A stretch of 64,000 nt of DNA from the human T2T-CHM13v2.0 reference genome, Homo sapiens. The notes beneath the pieces were generated by a model. That model saw only the letters and a program-made list of their open reading frames with translations. It had not been told where the DNA came from and searched no databases. Below are positions 12,531 through 26,520 of the stretch, one piece after another. Every line of letters begins with the position of its first letter. The stretch's first letter is position 1. The stretch lies in NCBI RefSeq assembly GCF_009914755.1, contig NC_060929.1; one strand, written 5' to 3'. Both the position numbers and the translations under genes were made by a program.

Positions 12531-13493
12531 AAGACTGGCTACATAATCTGTTGGTCCCAGTGAAAAATGAAAACCCAAGGCGCCTTGGTCAAAAAACAGG
12601 AAAAAGTTGCCATTAAAAGTACTAAAATATCAAGCTTTTTCCTTTCTTCTAGTGATCCCTCTCTGTCATGTTTTTTATTTGCTATCTAATGCCATCCTAA
12701 GTCAAGAAAAATTAAAATTTTAAGTTAATAACATAAATTTTACCGTTCACCTTCATATTGTGCCATGCCAATTTTAAATGTAAATATAAGAGCATTTAAC
12801 TGGTAGGAGATCTCCAAAATTTCCCAGTTCATATTTACTGGCTCAACCCTGCAGGCCCTCTGAGCTGACCAGAAAGGGAAAATGCATATCAAACTCAGGA
12901 AGGTTGGAAGCAAGAAGAGAGAACTCCCCAAAACACAGAACCAATCCCTGGAGCAGTCCAAGCCACAGGTATACTTGCCAGAGAGAGTAGACGTCCTCCA
13001 CCCTACTTCCACCCCTCACTACAAAGCCCTGGCTGGGGACCCAGTCCAGAGACATGGGGCATGTAGTGTGCTATCTCAGGTCCCACCAGCCACCCTTGGA
13101 GAAGTCGAGTTAGGCATCTCCCCTTCCCACTGGCCCAGCTCAGGGCAGACAGGTGAGTCCAAGAATCTTTAAACCTTTCCACCCAGAATCGCTCAGTCCC
13201 TAGATCAGGGTAGGCAATAGGCTGAATGCATGAGGTTCACCAGTGCTGGAAAGGCTGCCACCGGAGCTGCCTCCAGTTGCCACCAGCCTCCCACCCTGTC
13301 CTCCTGTATGTCCAGCCCAAGCCTCCCCCATTCTCCCACCCCCACTCCATGTCCCATCATATTTCACCTATACAACTCAAATTCAGGAATAAGATTATTA
13401 AGAATTTCAGGACTGCAATAGAAAAACATGAGGTCCTTCTGAGCATGGGCCTTGCACAGTCCTGCTGGCCACAAGCCCCATAAAGCCAGCCCG
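12531..13493 (-). mobile_element. MER45B/C (hAT-Tip100 non-autonomous DNA transposon), near full length
   Basis: Ends gactggctacataatctg...cccagtgaaaaatgaaaa and ttaagaatttcagg...ccataaagccagcccg match both MER45 termini; ~960 bp. Confidence 0.8.
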
Positions 13494-14189
13494 ACCTCTA
13501 CTTCAAATGAATCAGTCTTGAGGAATGATGTGTCTTTCCTCCAGCCAGGATGTAAATAAACCCTGAGACTCCACATGAACAAGCCTTGCCAAGGAGTCTC
13601 ACTCAAAGAAACAGTCCTGTAAAATAACCATGAGTAATGAAAAATAATTCTATTATTTGCTTGTGTTATGCAAAGAGAATTTAACTCACAACTCAAAGCA
13701 ATAATTTTTCAACTCCTAGTCTTCTACTTTACAATTCTCTCTCATCCAAGCTTCTCTATAGTCGTTTATTCTTCTCTTCACTTTCCTCTTTGCAGCAAAA
13801 TATGTTCTTCCTGACACCAGCCCCATAAAGCTTTTGCTCTCTTCCTTCCCCTCTACACTCTCCCTCAGCTGTTGTGTAAATCAACTCAGCCACTTGGTTT
13901 TCTTTCATTTTTTCCTCTGCCTTGACTGTTACTAAGGTTCTCTGATCCAAAGGGGAGCCCAGAAACTGATGCAAAGGACAACAATCTTTCCCGCTGACAA
14001 GAGTGGGAGCAGGGCACAGACTGCACATACACATTCGGCAATGATATGTGTCCTAAGTACATGTTAATAATTTCATCACACATGTTGACTTCATTTATCC
14101 CCTAGAATAGCTCTTGATGCTGTAGCCTCTAAACAGCAGCTCTCTCTCAATGACTAGTAAAAGCCACAAGCGCTAAGTTTAAAGAAAAC

Positions 14190-14275
14190 CTGAGGGCAGA
14201 GCTCAGCTATGGCACCTGCTAACTATGTGACACTCTTTGGGTAATTTAATCTGAGCCTTTCATTTCCTCTGTGAT
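14190..14275 (+). mobile_element. MIR core fragment
   Basis: ctcagctatggcacctgctaactatgtgac...ctgagccttt catttcctc. Confidence 0.5.
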
Positions 14276-14699
14276 GTGTATAAACCAGTATTTGGGGGTA
14301 ACCCTGGAAGCCTAAGGAATTGACTCTTTCTCAGTCCCATATATTAATTTATATATTAATAAGTAATATTAATTGATCTTAAGAAAATGCATTTCAAGGA
14401 AAAGAGGGCGGCCTGAATTAAAGAAAAAATGTCTTTTTGGAAGAGACACTGGGTTAGTAATAGTTCATCAAAGCTTTCTGAACTTAAGTAGAATATCTCC
14501 AAACACCACTTCCTATTTTCTATTTTCCAGTTACCTATTTGTGACTAATGGTTTGACTCTCAAACTTTCCGATTAATAGTCTGACTCCCAAATACCTTGA
14601 TTCCAGGAGAGAGGCCATAACTCCCAAGTACACCGATGATAATTGATGTGTCATATTATAAATTAAAATGTTGGCATTCTGAATTCATTTGTCCCTTCA

Positions 14700-15877
<1,178 letters not shown>

Positions 15878-16049
15878 ATATCGGTCTTGTGTGAATTTAG
15901 GTAGTGTGAGACCATTGCTGAAATCCTGATCATTTCAGAGTATATACAATTCTATAGGTTATTAAGTTGATAAACCAAGTATAAACCTGAAATGTAGTGA
16001 CCCATTAATCAATATTTCTAACTGAACTCCACCTGATACCTTAGCAATA

Positions 16050-16160
16050 TGCAAACCTAGATGACTAAAAGCTAACTACTAGGTTGCTGTAAAAATTAAG
16101 GAGATAATGCATGTGAAAGTCTCAAGAACAAAGTCTGACATATACAGTTGCTTCAAGTTT
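16050..16160 (+). mobile_element. MIR 3' fragment
   Basis: taggttgctgtaaaaattaaggagataatgcatgtgaaagt. Confidence 0.65.
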
Positions 16161-16731
16161 TTATATAATAGATTTTCTTATTTACCCAATTTACATTTGT
16201 TTGAATGTGTGATCATTAAGACTACAAGGATCATTTGTGTTTAATTTCTGCTTCTAGAGGAAGAAAAAATACTCTGTGTCTTATGCTCTAACAATGGATA
16301 TGGAATCTTGTCTAAGGTTTTGATCATGTTAAGAGAAAAAAATAAAATTTCAGAACTTCTGCTAGTTTTTTGGCATATGTTTTGTTTTAGGTTAGCAAAT
16401 ATTCTTAAACATTTTTTGCTGTAAAATGGTAGTCACCCACATTAAAAAGTCTTTTATCTTAAAACATGCTCAACAATATGCCTGGTTAAGAGTAGGGTAC
16501 AGAAAGCAAAATTACATTGCATAAAAAATTAATGAGAATTTTGGGGCTGGAGTCTAGCAGGTAGACTGGGACCAGGGACAAGAAGATGAAGGCAAGGCAA
16601 AACTTAAGGAGGGCATATAGATGGCAAAAATGTGGGAGGACAGAAAATTGTTAATGAATGTTAGAGCATGGTGATTAACATTCTATTTCACATTTTGTCT
16701 CTTCAGTGACACCCTGTAATCTCTCCATTAC

Positions 16732-17098
16732 TGTCTCAGTTTGGGCTGCTGTAACTAATTACCACAGTGGCTCAAATGAGTTGGTGGCTCAAACAACAAC
16801 TTATTTCTCATGGTTCTGGAGGCTGAAAGTACAAATTAGGGTGCCAGATGGTTAGGATTTTGGTGAAGGCCTTTTTCCTGGTTATGTCTTCAAGTGGTCT
16901 TTCCTTGGTGCTTACAAGCAGAGAAGAAGTGAGCTCTCTCCTGTCTCTTCTTATAAGGACACTACTAACCCCAGCATGAGAGCCCCACCTTCATGACCTA
17001 TTACCTCCCAAAGGCCCCACTTTCAAAAACCATCACATTGGAGATTAGGGTTTTCAATATATAAGTTTGGGGGAGATAGAAACATTCAATCCAAAGCA
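16732..17098 (-). mobile_element. MLT1A/MSTD-type MaLR solo LTR
   Basis: TG...CA termini (tgtctcagtttgggctgctgtaac...aacattcaatccaaagca); flanks attac/attat match 4/5 as a TSD. Confidence 0.9.
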
Positions 17099-17526
17099 AT
17101 TATCCTCAAAGTAAAAGTCTGCTACACACCCAGGCTTGTGTCATTGGCACTTTGGAGAGTTGAAATAATCAAGGCAGTGAGCGTCCAGAAGGAAGCAAAC
17201 TGGTGTGAAGAAGGGAGAGAACAGCAGTCACACAAGCCAAGATTCACAGCAGAGACAGGGAGTAATGAGAAGAAACAACCACCTCATGAAGATTTTGGAG
17301 ATAAGGAATGTGGTAAAGAATGTTCATTTCTTGGTTGGCATTGAGGCTGGAGAGGGTGACCTCAGTCATCTGAAAAAATTGTAAACATTCAGGCAGCTGA
17401 TTATTAGGTTCCCACTTGTGGGGCTCAGCATCCCAGAATGTACAGTGCCTGTTTATCTATCACGGTGATGGTGACAATGATGAAGGTAGCAGAGCCACAG
17501 CTGTGTGCTCCACCCTCTGGGCATCT

Positions 17527-17604
17527 TGGTTCTAAAAAAACCACAAACATGTACACACTTATCTATGGTTCTAAAAAAACCACAAACATGCACACGCTTA
17601 TCTA
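17527..17604. repeat. 39-bp tandem duplication
   Basis: TGGTTCTAAAAAAACCACAAACATG(T/C)ACAC(A/G)CTTATCTA x2, with 2 mismatches. Confidence 0.95.
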
Positions 17605-18869
17605 TGAAACTGAGACAGATGCTCCTGGCCTATTCAAATAAACACATACTTTAATCAGTCATCTTTCTGATATGCAAAACTGTAAGAGTTATTCATGTTA
17701 CTTTATTTTCCAACAATTTACCCTTGCAGACATGCTCTGGTGTTAGATAACAATGTTCTGTAGGATTTATCTATGTTGAATGTTTAGAAATTTTTTTTCA
17801 ATATATTTCTCTCCTCAAAACTTTATCTCTGCAAACACCTCACTTAACTTGGACCTGCAAATATTGATTTAGCATTTGATGATGCCTAAACTGAATACCT
17901 CAATGTGTGTTAGGCAAACTGAATAGTTCAATGTGTCTGACTTTATCTCTTTTCTCCTGTCTAAGTCTCTAGGTTTGAAATATCTCCTTCACCATTTTTA
18001 TTATATTGAATTATTACCAAGGAAGGCTCTGCCTTTCCTTCTCAGCTAGCCGTTCTTTCAGAATCCAATCTACCCTTATTTTATCAAACATAATTCTAGA
18101 TGTGTAGACAACAGCTCAGGTGAAAACTCGATCTTCTTAAAATAGTTGAAAACAAAATAAAAGGCAATGTTACTCTTCCTTCGTAAGTGTCATAGAAGTC
18201 CTTCCATTTGGGTTTGCTGCTTTTTTTCCCCCTTTTTCTTTCCTTTTCTTTCTTTCTTTCTTTTTTTTTTTCTTTTTTGGAAGGAATAAAGAACAAGGAG
18301 ACTGAACTTTTAAAAAGGGATCATTGGGTGATATTGGGCAAAATGAAAAGGAAACTCCTATGATAAAAGATTTTTGAGAATTGCCTGCGTAATACACTAA
18401 AACATTCTTTAAAGATGATATATATGCCTGCATCTTCAAAAAGCATCTTAGAGAAGAATGGAAACTTTCGGTATTCCAAAGCTCAACTTTGACATTTTTA
18501 TTATTTCCTTTAAAAAATCCATCCACTTGATGAAAAGACAGAGGGCTATTGTTGTTAACTTACCAAAGAAACTTACTAGAATACAAAATATGGATTACTG
18601 TATTACAGCATATATAGTAATTTTATTTTTAGTTTCTCATTATCTTCATCCCTACCTGTCCTAAAGTTCTGTCGCCAAGTATGGATCTCTACCAGCACCA
18701 AATCTCAACCTTTTTTTTTTAACCCCTAGCACTTCCCCATCAATAATCCAGTCACCTGAGGCAATTAAAATAGGCTTATTTTATTACCAACTCAATCCAC
18801 TGACAACTCAAAGCAAAACAATTAATGAACAAATGTCTGCATGTCCCCAGTTGAATTACTTGTGTGCAC

Positions 18870-18873
<4 letters not shown>

Positions 18874-18903
<30 letters not shown>
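18874..18903. repeat. (CA)15 microsatellite
   Basis: Read directly from the sequence. Confidence 0.95.
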
Positions 18904-18905
<2 letters not shown>

Positions 18906-19343
18906 CTTTGCATCATATTCTTTCCCCACTACCCAATACAAAAGCTTGGTCTATGGGACAGGTGATGGGAAGTAAGAAGAGTTTGTGACAAATTAGAAGT
19001 CAAGTTAGTCAACAAATCATAATCTCTGTCTTTTCCTGTTATAGGCTTTGCTGGATTAACCTAATCAGTACAAACTAATACAACTTTGCATTGTCTTGGC
19101 AAGATGGAAACAGTTATAAAGTATAAATTTCTACTAAAATTCTCACTAAAATAACACATCCTAAATTAAAACATTTGACCTCCCACAAGCACAGATAGAT
19201 ACATCTTCCTCTGGGATTCATAACATGGTGCTTGCTATATACTTGTTGCCATTTTCTTTCTGTGTTTTAAAAAAATTATTACATTGTATGACATATTATT
19301 GTATTGTTCATGGAATGTGTTTTTCTCAAACAAGTTACTGAGG

Positions 19344-19517
19344 CAGGACCAGCTGCATCATCTGCAAGGACCGGTGAAGATGAAAATACAGGGCCCCTTG
19401 TTCAAAAATCTAAGAATTTCAAGACAGTAACATCCGAGCATTAAGCCAAGCATCAGACCCCCTAAGCAAGGGACTTTGTGTGACTGCACAGGTTGCATGC
19501 CCATGAAGCCAGCCCTG
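19344..19517 (-). mobile_element. MER45A (hAT-Tip100 MITE), full length
   Basis: caggaccagctgcatcat...ggccccttgttcaaaaat...gactgcacaggttgcatgcccatgaagccagccctg; both TIRs are present. Confidence 0.9.
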
Positions 19518-21959
19518 CTTGGAGGGCAACTATCTATTTCTTATTCATATTTGTAATCCCAGAGAGTGTTGCACACAGAATCTGAGAGTAGGCCCTTAGT
19601 CAATGAATGTTGAACCAATAAACAATTTTCCAATATGCTACAGAGAAAAGTAGAATTCATTTGATATGCAAAATAAGAACGTGCCCTTGTTTTACATTTT
19701 ACTTGGAATTCCTGGTGGATGAATGAGCAGTAAATTTAATCAGTTAAAGGGCATTTGCTGCCTTTGCACCTAAGTTCATTTCTATTTACTTCAAAGACTC
19801 TTAAAAAGATAAAAGTCATAAAAAAGAATCCCAACATTTGCCAATCTCCATGAAACTGGAATCGGATACTTTGTTAGAAATCAGGGGACTCAGAGCAATG
19901 ATGTACCTCTTTCCATACTCAGAGCCCTCCTCACAGTATGAGGAGGTATGTAGCCACCACATTCCCTGACCCACCATCCTTGCCCCTTTCAGAACAATGT
20001 TCCATCTTCACAATCTTGCCTTGTCTTTTTATCCCTGTAAATCCCACACTGCAATCCCAATGGTTTCTCACATTCCAGAAGATAATGAAATTTTCAGCCA
20101 GTACGTTTTTTGGCTGTCTATTGACACTTGACTAAGGATTTGCAAGTCTAACCTCCATGTGCCAATTGGGATTCTTCTATTAGTGTTCCAACCTTGTTGA
20201 CTTGAAAAAGCTGCTTCTCAGCAGAGGGATGATTCTTGTAGCAGCTGTCAGCCAGATACCCATCAGAACCACCACCTATACACAACTCTTCATTTGCTAA
20301 AGGAATGAGAGAATCAGCTTACAAAAGTAAGAATACTCACCAGCATCTACAGCAGAATCTACACAGAACTCTCTGGGCTCTTCCAATATGGTTAATTACT
20401 TTCTTTTCTGTCAATGTCTCCAAAGTTTTTGGCTTTGGGACAAGACCAAAACTGGCACTGGACAAATTTAAATGGAGGAGGAAAAGCTGTTCTCGTGGCA
20501 TTTATGACCTGACGGGAAACATGAAGTACCAGACATTTCATGGGAAATCATCTTATTGAACGACTTCCAGTCCAGATTTGCTGGATGTAAAGAGCATTTG
20601 AGGTTTGAAGAAGTGTCTTTCCTCTTAGGTGCTTCAATAGACCTGTGCACCAAGTCTTTTGACGTCAGCTTATTACTTGCCTAGATCAGACATTTCCAGG
20701 TTCCAAACCTCCAGCCCACACTGGATGACTCAGAGGACTGGACCTGCATTATCTGAGTTGTCCTGCAATGCAATGGAAAAGCCTGCCTAGCAATCTTCCA
20801 GAACGATATTTTCTTGGTTAAGTCTGTGAGAAATAATCAAGTAGGAAGGAATCTCAGGGTGACCGCATACAGCTGAACTTGGAGGGAATACTGTTAGAGA
20901 CAGGATTTCAAAGGCTTGAAAGAAATTTCGTAGGGCATTTAGTGAGTAGAATCTGTAAAAATTGCAGCCTATAGCCCCCTTATTTATGCTGCACATTTTC
21001 ACCCATCCAGAGCAAATATTCAGGCACTGCTCTCATGGGCCCCTTCTCTCCTGTGAAGTCTTATTTCCACTCCATATTAGCCCTTTTTTTGGACATTCTT
21101 TTCAACTGTTCTCCTCACTCTAGGTAACTTGATGGGTATATCCCCCCAAGGGATGTAAAACATCTTCACATTCATAGAAAAGGGCCTGAACAACTTTTAT
21201 TTATCATGAGATAAAATCAATTTTCTAAGTTTTCTGTTGGTATTTTTGGTGTATAAGAGACTGCTGATAAGGCCAACTTCAAAAATAAATAGTTAATGAA
21301 ACTAAACCAAATGTATTAAAATGTTGGGCCAGATTCACTTTGACATTTATTGAATATTTCAGTAACTGCACATGTGGCTTCAGTAGAGCTTCTAGCATGC
21401 AAATAAAGTTTTTTTTTCAATTCTGGACTATTTTCAGATTGAGATCTTCTTATCGATCTTGTTTATTCCTGCTTAAGTGTTGCTTTTTGCAGATCATTAA
21501 GTATATTCTCTCATCATCATAACTTTAAAAGTATACATGCATCTCTATCTACAGGACAGATGATCTTATCTCTCTCCTTTTTAGCTATTTATAAATTCTC
21601 TTAGTAATGCTATATCTCTAATTGTAAAAGTACACTAATATAACATCTTTCCAAAGTACATTTATAATTGAAAACTGCTTCACCTGTGTTCTGCTCAGTA
21701 GGCCATGTACCTACTGGTTCTTTTCCAAGACATGTGATTGAGTCATGCATTCATACCAGGCACTCCCATGCAGGCATGCAACTACATTCCTTTCCACAGA
21801 GAAGATACATGTGCCTACAAGTCACTGAAACAGGCATGCCCATCACTCAGTATTTGAACTTTGGCTTTTCCTGGTTGCTAAAAGGCAGACATTCCTAGAC
21901 CATTTGGGAAAAGTAGAAATTGACTTGCCCATTGAAACATACAATATATCTGTGATTTA

Positions 21960-22718
21960 CATCAGAGAACTGCAAACTAAAACCACAATGAGACATCATC
22001 TTACGCCAGTCAGAAAGGCTATTATTAAAAGGTCAAAAAAATGACAGATGTTGGCATGGATGCGGAGAAAAGGGAACACTTATACATTGTTGGTGGAAAT
22101 GTACATTAGTTCAATTTCTATGGAAAACAACATGGAAATTTCTCAAAGAACTAAAAATAGAACCATCATTCAACCCAGCAATCTCACTACTGTGTATCTA
22201 CTCAAAGGAAAAGAAATCATTATATCACAAAGATACATGTACTTGTATGCTCATTGCAGCACTATTCACAATAGCAAAGTCATGGACCCAACCTATGTGT
22301 CCATCAATGTTTTACTGGATAAAGAAAATGTGGCATAGATACAACATGGACTACTATGCAGCCATAAAAAGGAATGAAATTATGTTCTTTGCAGCAACAT
22401 AGATGGAGCTGGAGGTTATTATCCTAAGTGAACTAACTCAGAAATAAACAGAAAACTGAGTGCCACTGTTCTTACTTATAAGTGGGGCTAAATAATAGGT
22501 GCCCATGGACATAATAAACACTGGGGACACCAAAAGTGGGAAAAGTGAGGGCGGCGTGAGGGTTGAAAAATTACTTACCAGATACAATGTTTGCTATTTG
22601 GGTAATGGGTACACTAGAAGCCCAATCCCCACCAGTATGCAATATACCCATGCAGCAAACAAGCACATGTACCCTCTGAATATAAAATAAAATGTATATT
22701 AAAAATTTAAAAAAACAA
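21960..22718 (+). mobile_element. L1PB2/PB3-type 3' fragment
   Basis: ORF2 C-terminal remnant plus 3' UTR gggtacactagaagcccaatccccacc...atgtaccctctgaatataaaataaaa. Confidence 0.9.
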
Positions 22719-22719
22719 A

Positions 22720-22865
22720 CTATATATATTCACATAGATGGGTATATGTGTATAAATTCAGATGTATATTTATATATAATATATTTATATGTATACATAT
22801 ATACATATATAATGTATATTACATATATATTTATATGTATGTGTGTGAGTATGTATGTGTGTGTA
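22720..22865. repeat. Degenerate (TA)n/(TG)n low-complexity tract
   Basis: Read directly; follows the L1PB tail. Confidence 0.85.
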
Positions 22866-22954
22866 TCTTCCCTTACTAGAAAATCCTTTGTAATTGGTTG
22901 TGTTTGTAATTACTAACCATCAAGAGTCATGAACATTTTCTCTGTATAATACCT

Positions 22955-23449
22955 TTTCCTAAGTCAGTTTCCCTGGAAATACAGCTAGTGATTAGGATTC
23001 TTGTGCAAGAATTTACTGAGAATCTGATATCAGAAGAAGGAGAATAAGAAATGCAAAGTAAGGCAAATGATCTCTCCCTTTTATTTTGGCCATTGACAAG
23101 TTGTTGTGTCATGTAATACCTGTAGCTCTAATTGCAAAAGTCCAGGTTGGAAGGGGAAGCTAACCAAAGACATAATTGCAGCTGGTGACTCGCTTCAGCC
23201 TGATCCCATGAGGAGCTCCAGAGCAAGAATTGTGCCATAGAATTGGAACCATCTTGAATCAAGGGAGCCATATTTTTGCATCCCATGTTAGCCTTCCAAG
23301 GAGGGGAATCATCCCCCAGGGAAGAGGGCTCCCATTTGGCTGGGAGCAAATCTCCAGAGGAGAGAGCTGACAAGCATTCACAGCAGCTAGGAGTTAAGTG
23401 TGCCTTTCTTTGATGTGGATCTGAGGAGGACACCAGCAACACCACTGCA
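22955..23449 (-). mobile_element. 3' LTR (LTR16C-like)
   Basis: tttcctaagtcagtttccctggaa...gattcttgtgcaagaatttactgag...gtggatctgaggaggacaccagcaacaccactgca. Confidence 0.8.
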
Positions 23450-23879
23450 GTCTCAGCAGCACTCCATGAGATCCACTTGATTCTCACATTACCTCCCATT
23501 CTTCCAGGTACAACTTCTCCAACGTTTATACCACTGAAACATTCTGGGAGAACTCCAAAATGAAGGTTGATAGATTAGACTGCAGTCCCAAGTGCTGCAA
23601 TTGATTCCAAGGTTGTAACTGATACTCATTGTCTCCTCCTCCACCACCCAGGGCATATTTCCTTTCCTTCAGCCAGCATTTGTGCTGGTCAAGGTGGTTT
23701 GCTTTGCGGGCCCTCATCCCTGTGGAGTCTGAATCCCTAGTGACTATGTCCTTATCAGGCTGGGCTTACTATGGTTGCATTTACACCTAAAAGTGGACAT
23801 GGGAAAACCAAAAGATGTCAAGATGGATCAACTTAACGACAAAAATATTCTCCACTCCTCTATTATATAGCAGCAACCA

Positions 23880-23985
23880 AACCTGTTGATGACTGGGGTA
23901 AATTACCCTCTAATAGGTAACTATTTTCTTAGCATGCTGGTCTACTACCATGAGGAGCCCCAAAATGACCACACAACAAGTGTTT
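23880..23985 (-). pseudogene. ERVL dUTPase remnant
   Basis: Minus-strand translation LLCGHFG/LLMVVDQHAKKIVT...VIYPSHQ versus recalled HERV-L LPPGHFGLLLPLSQQAKKGVT...VIDPDYQ. Confidence 0.75.
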
Positions 23986-24229
23986 ATTCAGATTCTTAAT
24001 GTGTCTTTGAGGGGAAGAGTCCCTCCCACTCCAGGAACCAGGACCTCCACAACAACAAAGCTTATGGTTGCAGGAATGAGAAGCACAAAGTTTCCAAGTG
24101 GTCAATGGGAATGATGTTAAGTAGAGCCACTTCTACTTACACCCTTTGGGTCCCTGAATTTTATATTCTACCTATTAGGGACAGAACAGCCAAGGACCTT
24201 TGGTTTAATGTACATACCACATATTGCAG

Positions 24230-26520
24230 GATAGCACCCCATCCTTGCAGAGTGTCATCTCCAAGTTGGTACCTCAGCTGAGAAGAGGTGATCCCACTGG
24301 TTTTGGGATGATGTCATGTGTGTTAGAAATAGTGGATCCCATGGTCATGTGGTCACCATCCCACTTCTGCCACTAAAACTGGTTCCTTTGTTCAAGGAAG
24401 TATCATGTGAGATCCCATGTTAGTACATGAGATACTTCATGAACCTTTGAATCATGATGCTGACCAAAGCATAAAAGGTCACCCCTCACTGGAATACAAG
24501 ACAATCTTGTCAGAATGAATCACTGTTCCTTTAGGGCAGAAGAGGATCCAAAGTAAAAACTTGCCCCCAAGTAGTTGCTTGGCCTCCTTGAGAAATGATG
24601 TCTTAGTAGGGAATCGCCATTGGTCTTGGTGGCAATAGGCTGGATATTAGTAACAGAAGTAATTTGATCAGCCTTCATGAGAGAGAGAGAACCTCAGCCT
24701 CACTCTCTGCCACTAGGTCCACTCCATTCAAAAGCCCATTGCACAATCCCTGAGATGGCTGAGAACAGAGGCAAACTGATCTCTATCTTGCCCACTTTTC
24801 ATTTTTTTTTTAGCACCTCTTCTGTACAAAGTTACTTACATTTTGTTACACTAAGTTACTCATACTTTGTGCTTACTTCTATAGGTCAAACCCCATGCCT
24901 CTTCCTCAGACATCCTTATTGTTGACCTTCCAGTCTGGTTCCTTCCAAGCTCCTCACCAACCAACTAAACCATTTACCACTGTCCATGAGTTTATGTATA
25001 TTCAACCAGCTAAGCCATTCACCATTGCCTACGGGTCTAGAGATATCTTAATCCTAGTCCACGTCCCATTCCAACAAAGGAACTAAAACAGATCACTCAC
25101 TGAAGAGCTGCCCATTTGAAGAGTTATCTCTCACCACTGTCACTTTCTATGTGACTGTAGTAGAGCGGCAGTGCGTTATTAGCTTATACCCACATACCAA
25201 CATGACTGATTCATGAACCCAGCTCAGGCTCTTGCCTCTTCCATTGGCCACTGAAAAGAAAGCCCCAGAGACCATAGCTGTGAGCTGAGAAAGAGGCAAT
25301 GGTGAAACACTAGCATGTGACATGGAAATAAGTGCCATGCAGCCTACTTTCACTCTCTGAACTATCTCAAGCCCCATCCTGGATCTACTACTGGCATTTT
25401 ATCTGAGCCCAAACTTATTACTTGGTAGGCTGACAGTATCCAACTTATAATGGAAAGACATGGCTGAATGAGCACTTGTTAACACATCAATAGATGCTCA
25501 TCTTCTACCAGGGTCTAATAGCATGCCAGGATGTTTTTCAAATGGTGTGTAATACTCTGTGGCAGATGGCATAAACTTGCTCCAGAATCCTATGCTACAA
25601 TTCTCTTATTGTGGCTCTCCAGAGGCTCCACGCAGTGTTTTATCTTTCTATATTTTTATTTTTATTTTCAGTCAGCTTTCTCAGGTTGAACAGGCATTAC
25701 TTTTCTACTAGATATACCTGTACTACCATAGGATCTGCCCAAGAGGCAGCACTGGTTGCTCCACAGCCCAGAATTGCTTCAGAGTCCTTTCTTGCTCTAA
25801 GATCCACTCAGAACTAGCAGTGTTTCACTTTGTAATAAATGGGTCACAGAAGTATTCCCAAGTACAGAATATGTTGCCTTTATAACCCAAAGAGGCCTAC
25901 CAAGGAATGTGCTTCTTTCTTAGTGTTAGGAAGTATAAGGCACAACAATCTGTTCTTCACATTGAATGAAGATATTCCAGCATGCCTTATAACACTGGAA
26001 CACATAAAAAGGTCACTAATGTGACTGGCCCTTGAACTCTTTTAGAACTTATCTATTTCCCTCAGGAGCACAGGTGTCTTACCAGGGCTTACATTTACCA
26101 CTTCTTGCATATAAGGTCTAACGAACAAGATATCAATAAAAGGGATCAGTAGTGCAATGTTCTACAGAAAGTCAAGATGATTCACCTATCTTCAGTTTAT
26201 AATGTGACGGATAGGAGAATAAACATAGCCCTTGGGTAAGACTGTAGATAGGTACAGTTGTCTATCTCATGTGAGTGTGAATTGTTACTGATCATCATTT
26301 CTGATGACTATTGAAAAGAATGAATTTGTCAGCTTCATCCCTTCATGCTACACAAGGAGGCGGTGTTGCTCTGCTCTCGTGAAGATACCACATTTGACAC
26401 AACAACTGCAATTAGCTTTCTTTAGCCCAATATCATCCTGCCATAGCCATCAGTTTTTTTTTTTTCAGGAACAGGACTAGTGAATTAATTGGGGATATGA
26501 TGAAGATGACCACCCTCTGC
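24230..26520 (-). pseudogene. Decayed ERVL pol (RT, RNase H, integrase)
   Basis: RT: LTNSFFSI...Q*QFTLT*DRQLYLSTVLPKGYVYSP...IPFIDI (~26120-26332) versus LANAFFSI...QKQFAFSWQGQQYTFTVLPQGYINSP...HYIDDI. RNase H: DSGER*LFKWAAL (~25100-25145) and IYINSWTVVNGLVGW. Integrase: HGIH and QGT-F-type motifs at ~24330-24400. Many stops and frameshifts. Confidence 0.85.
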
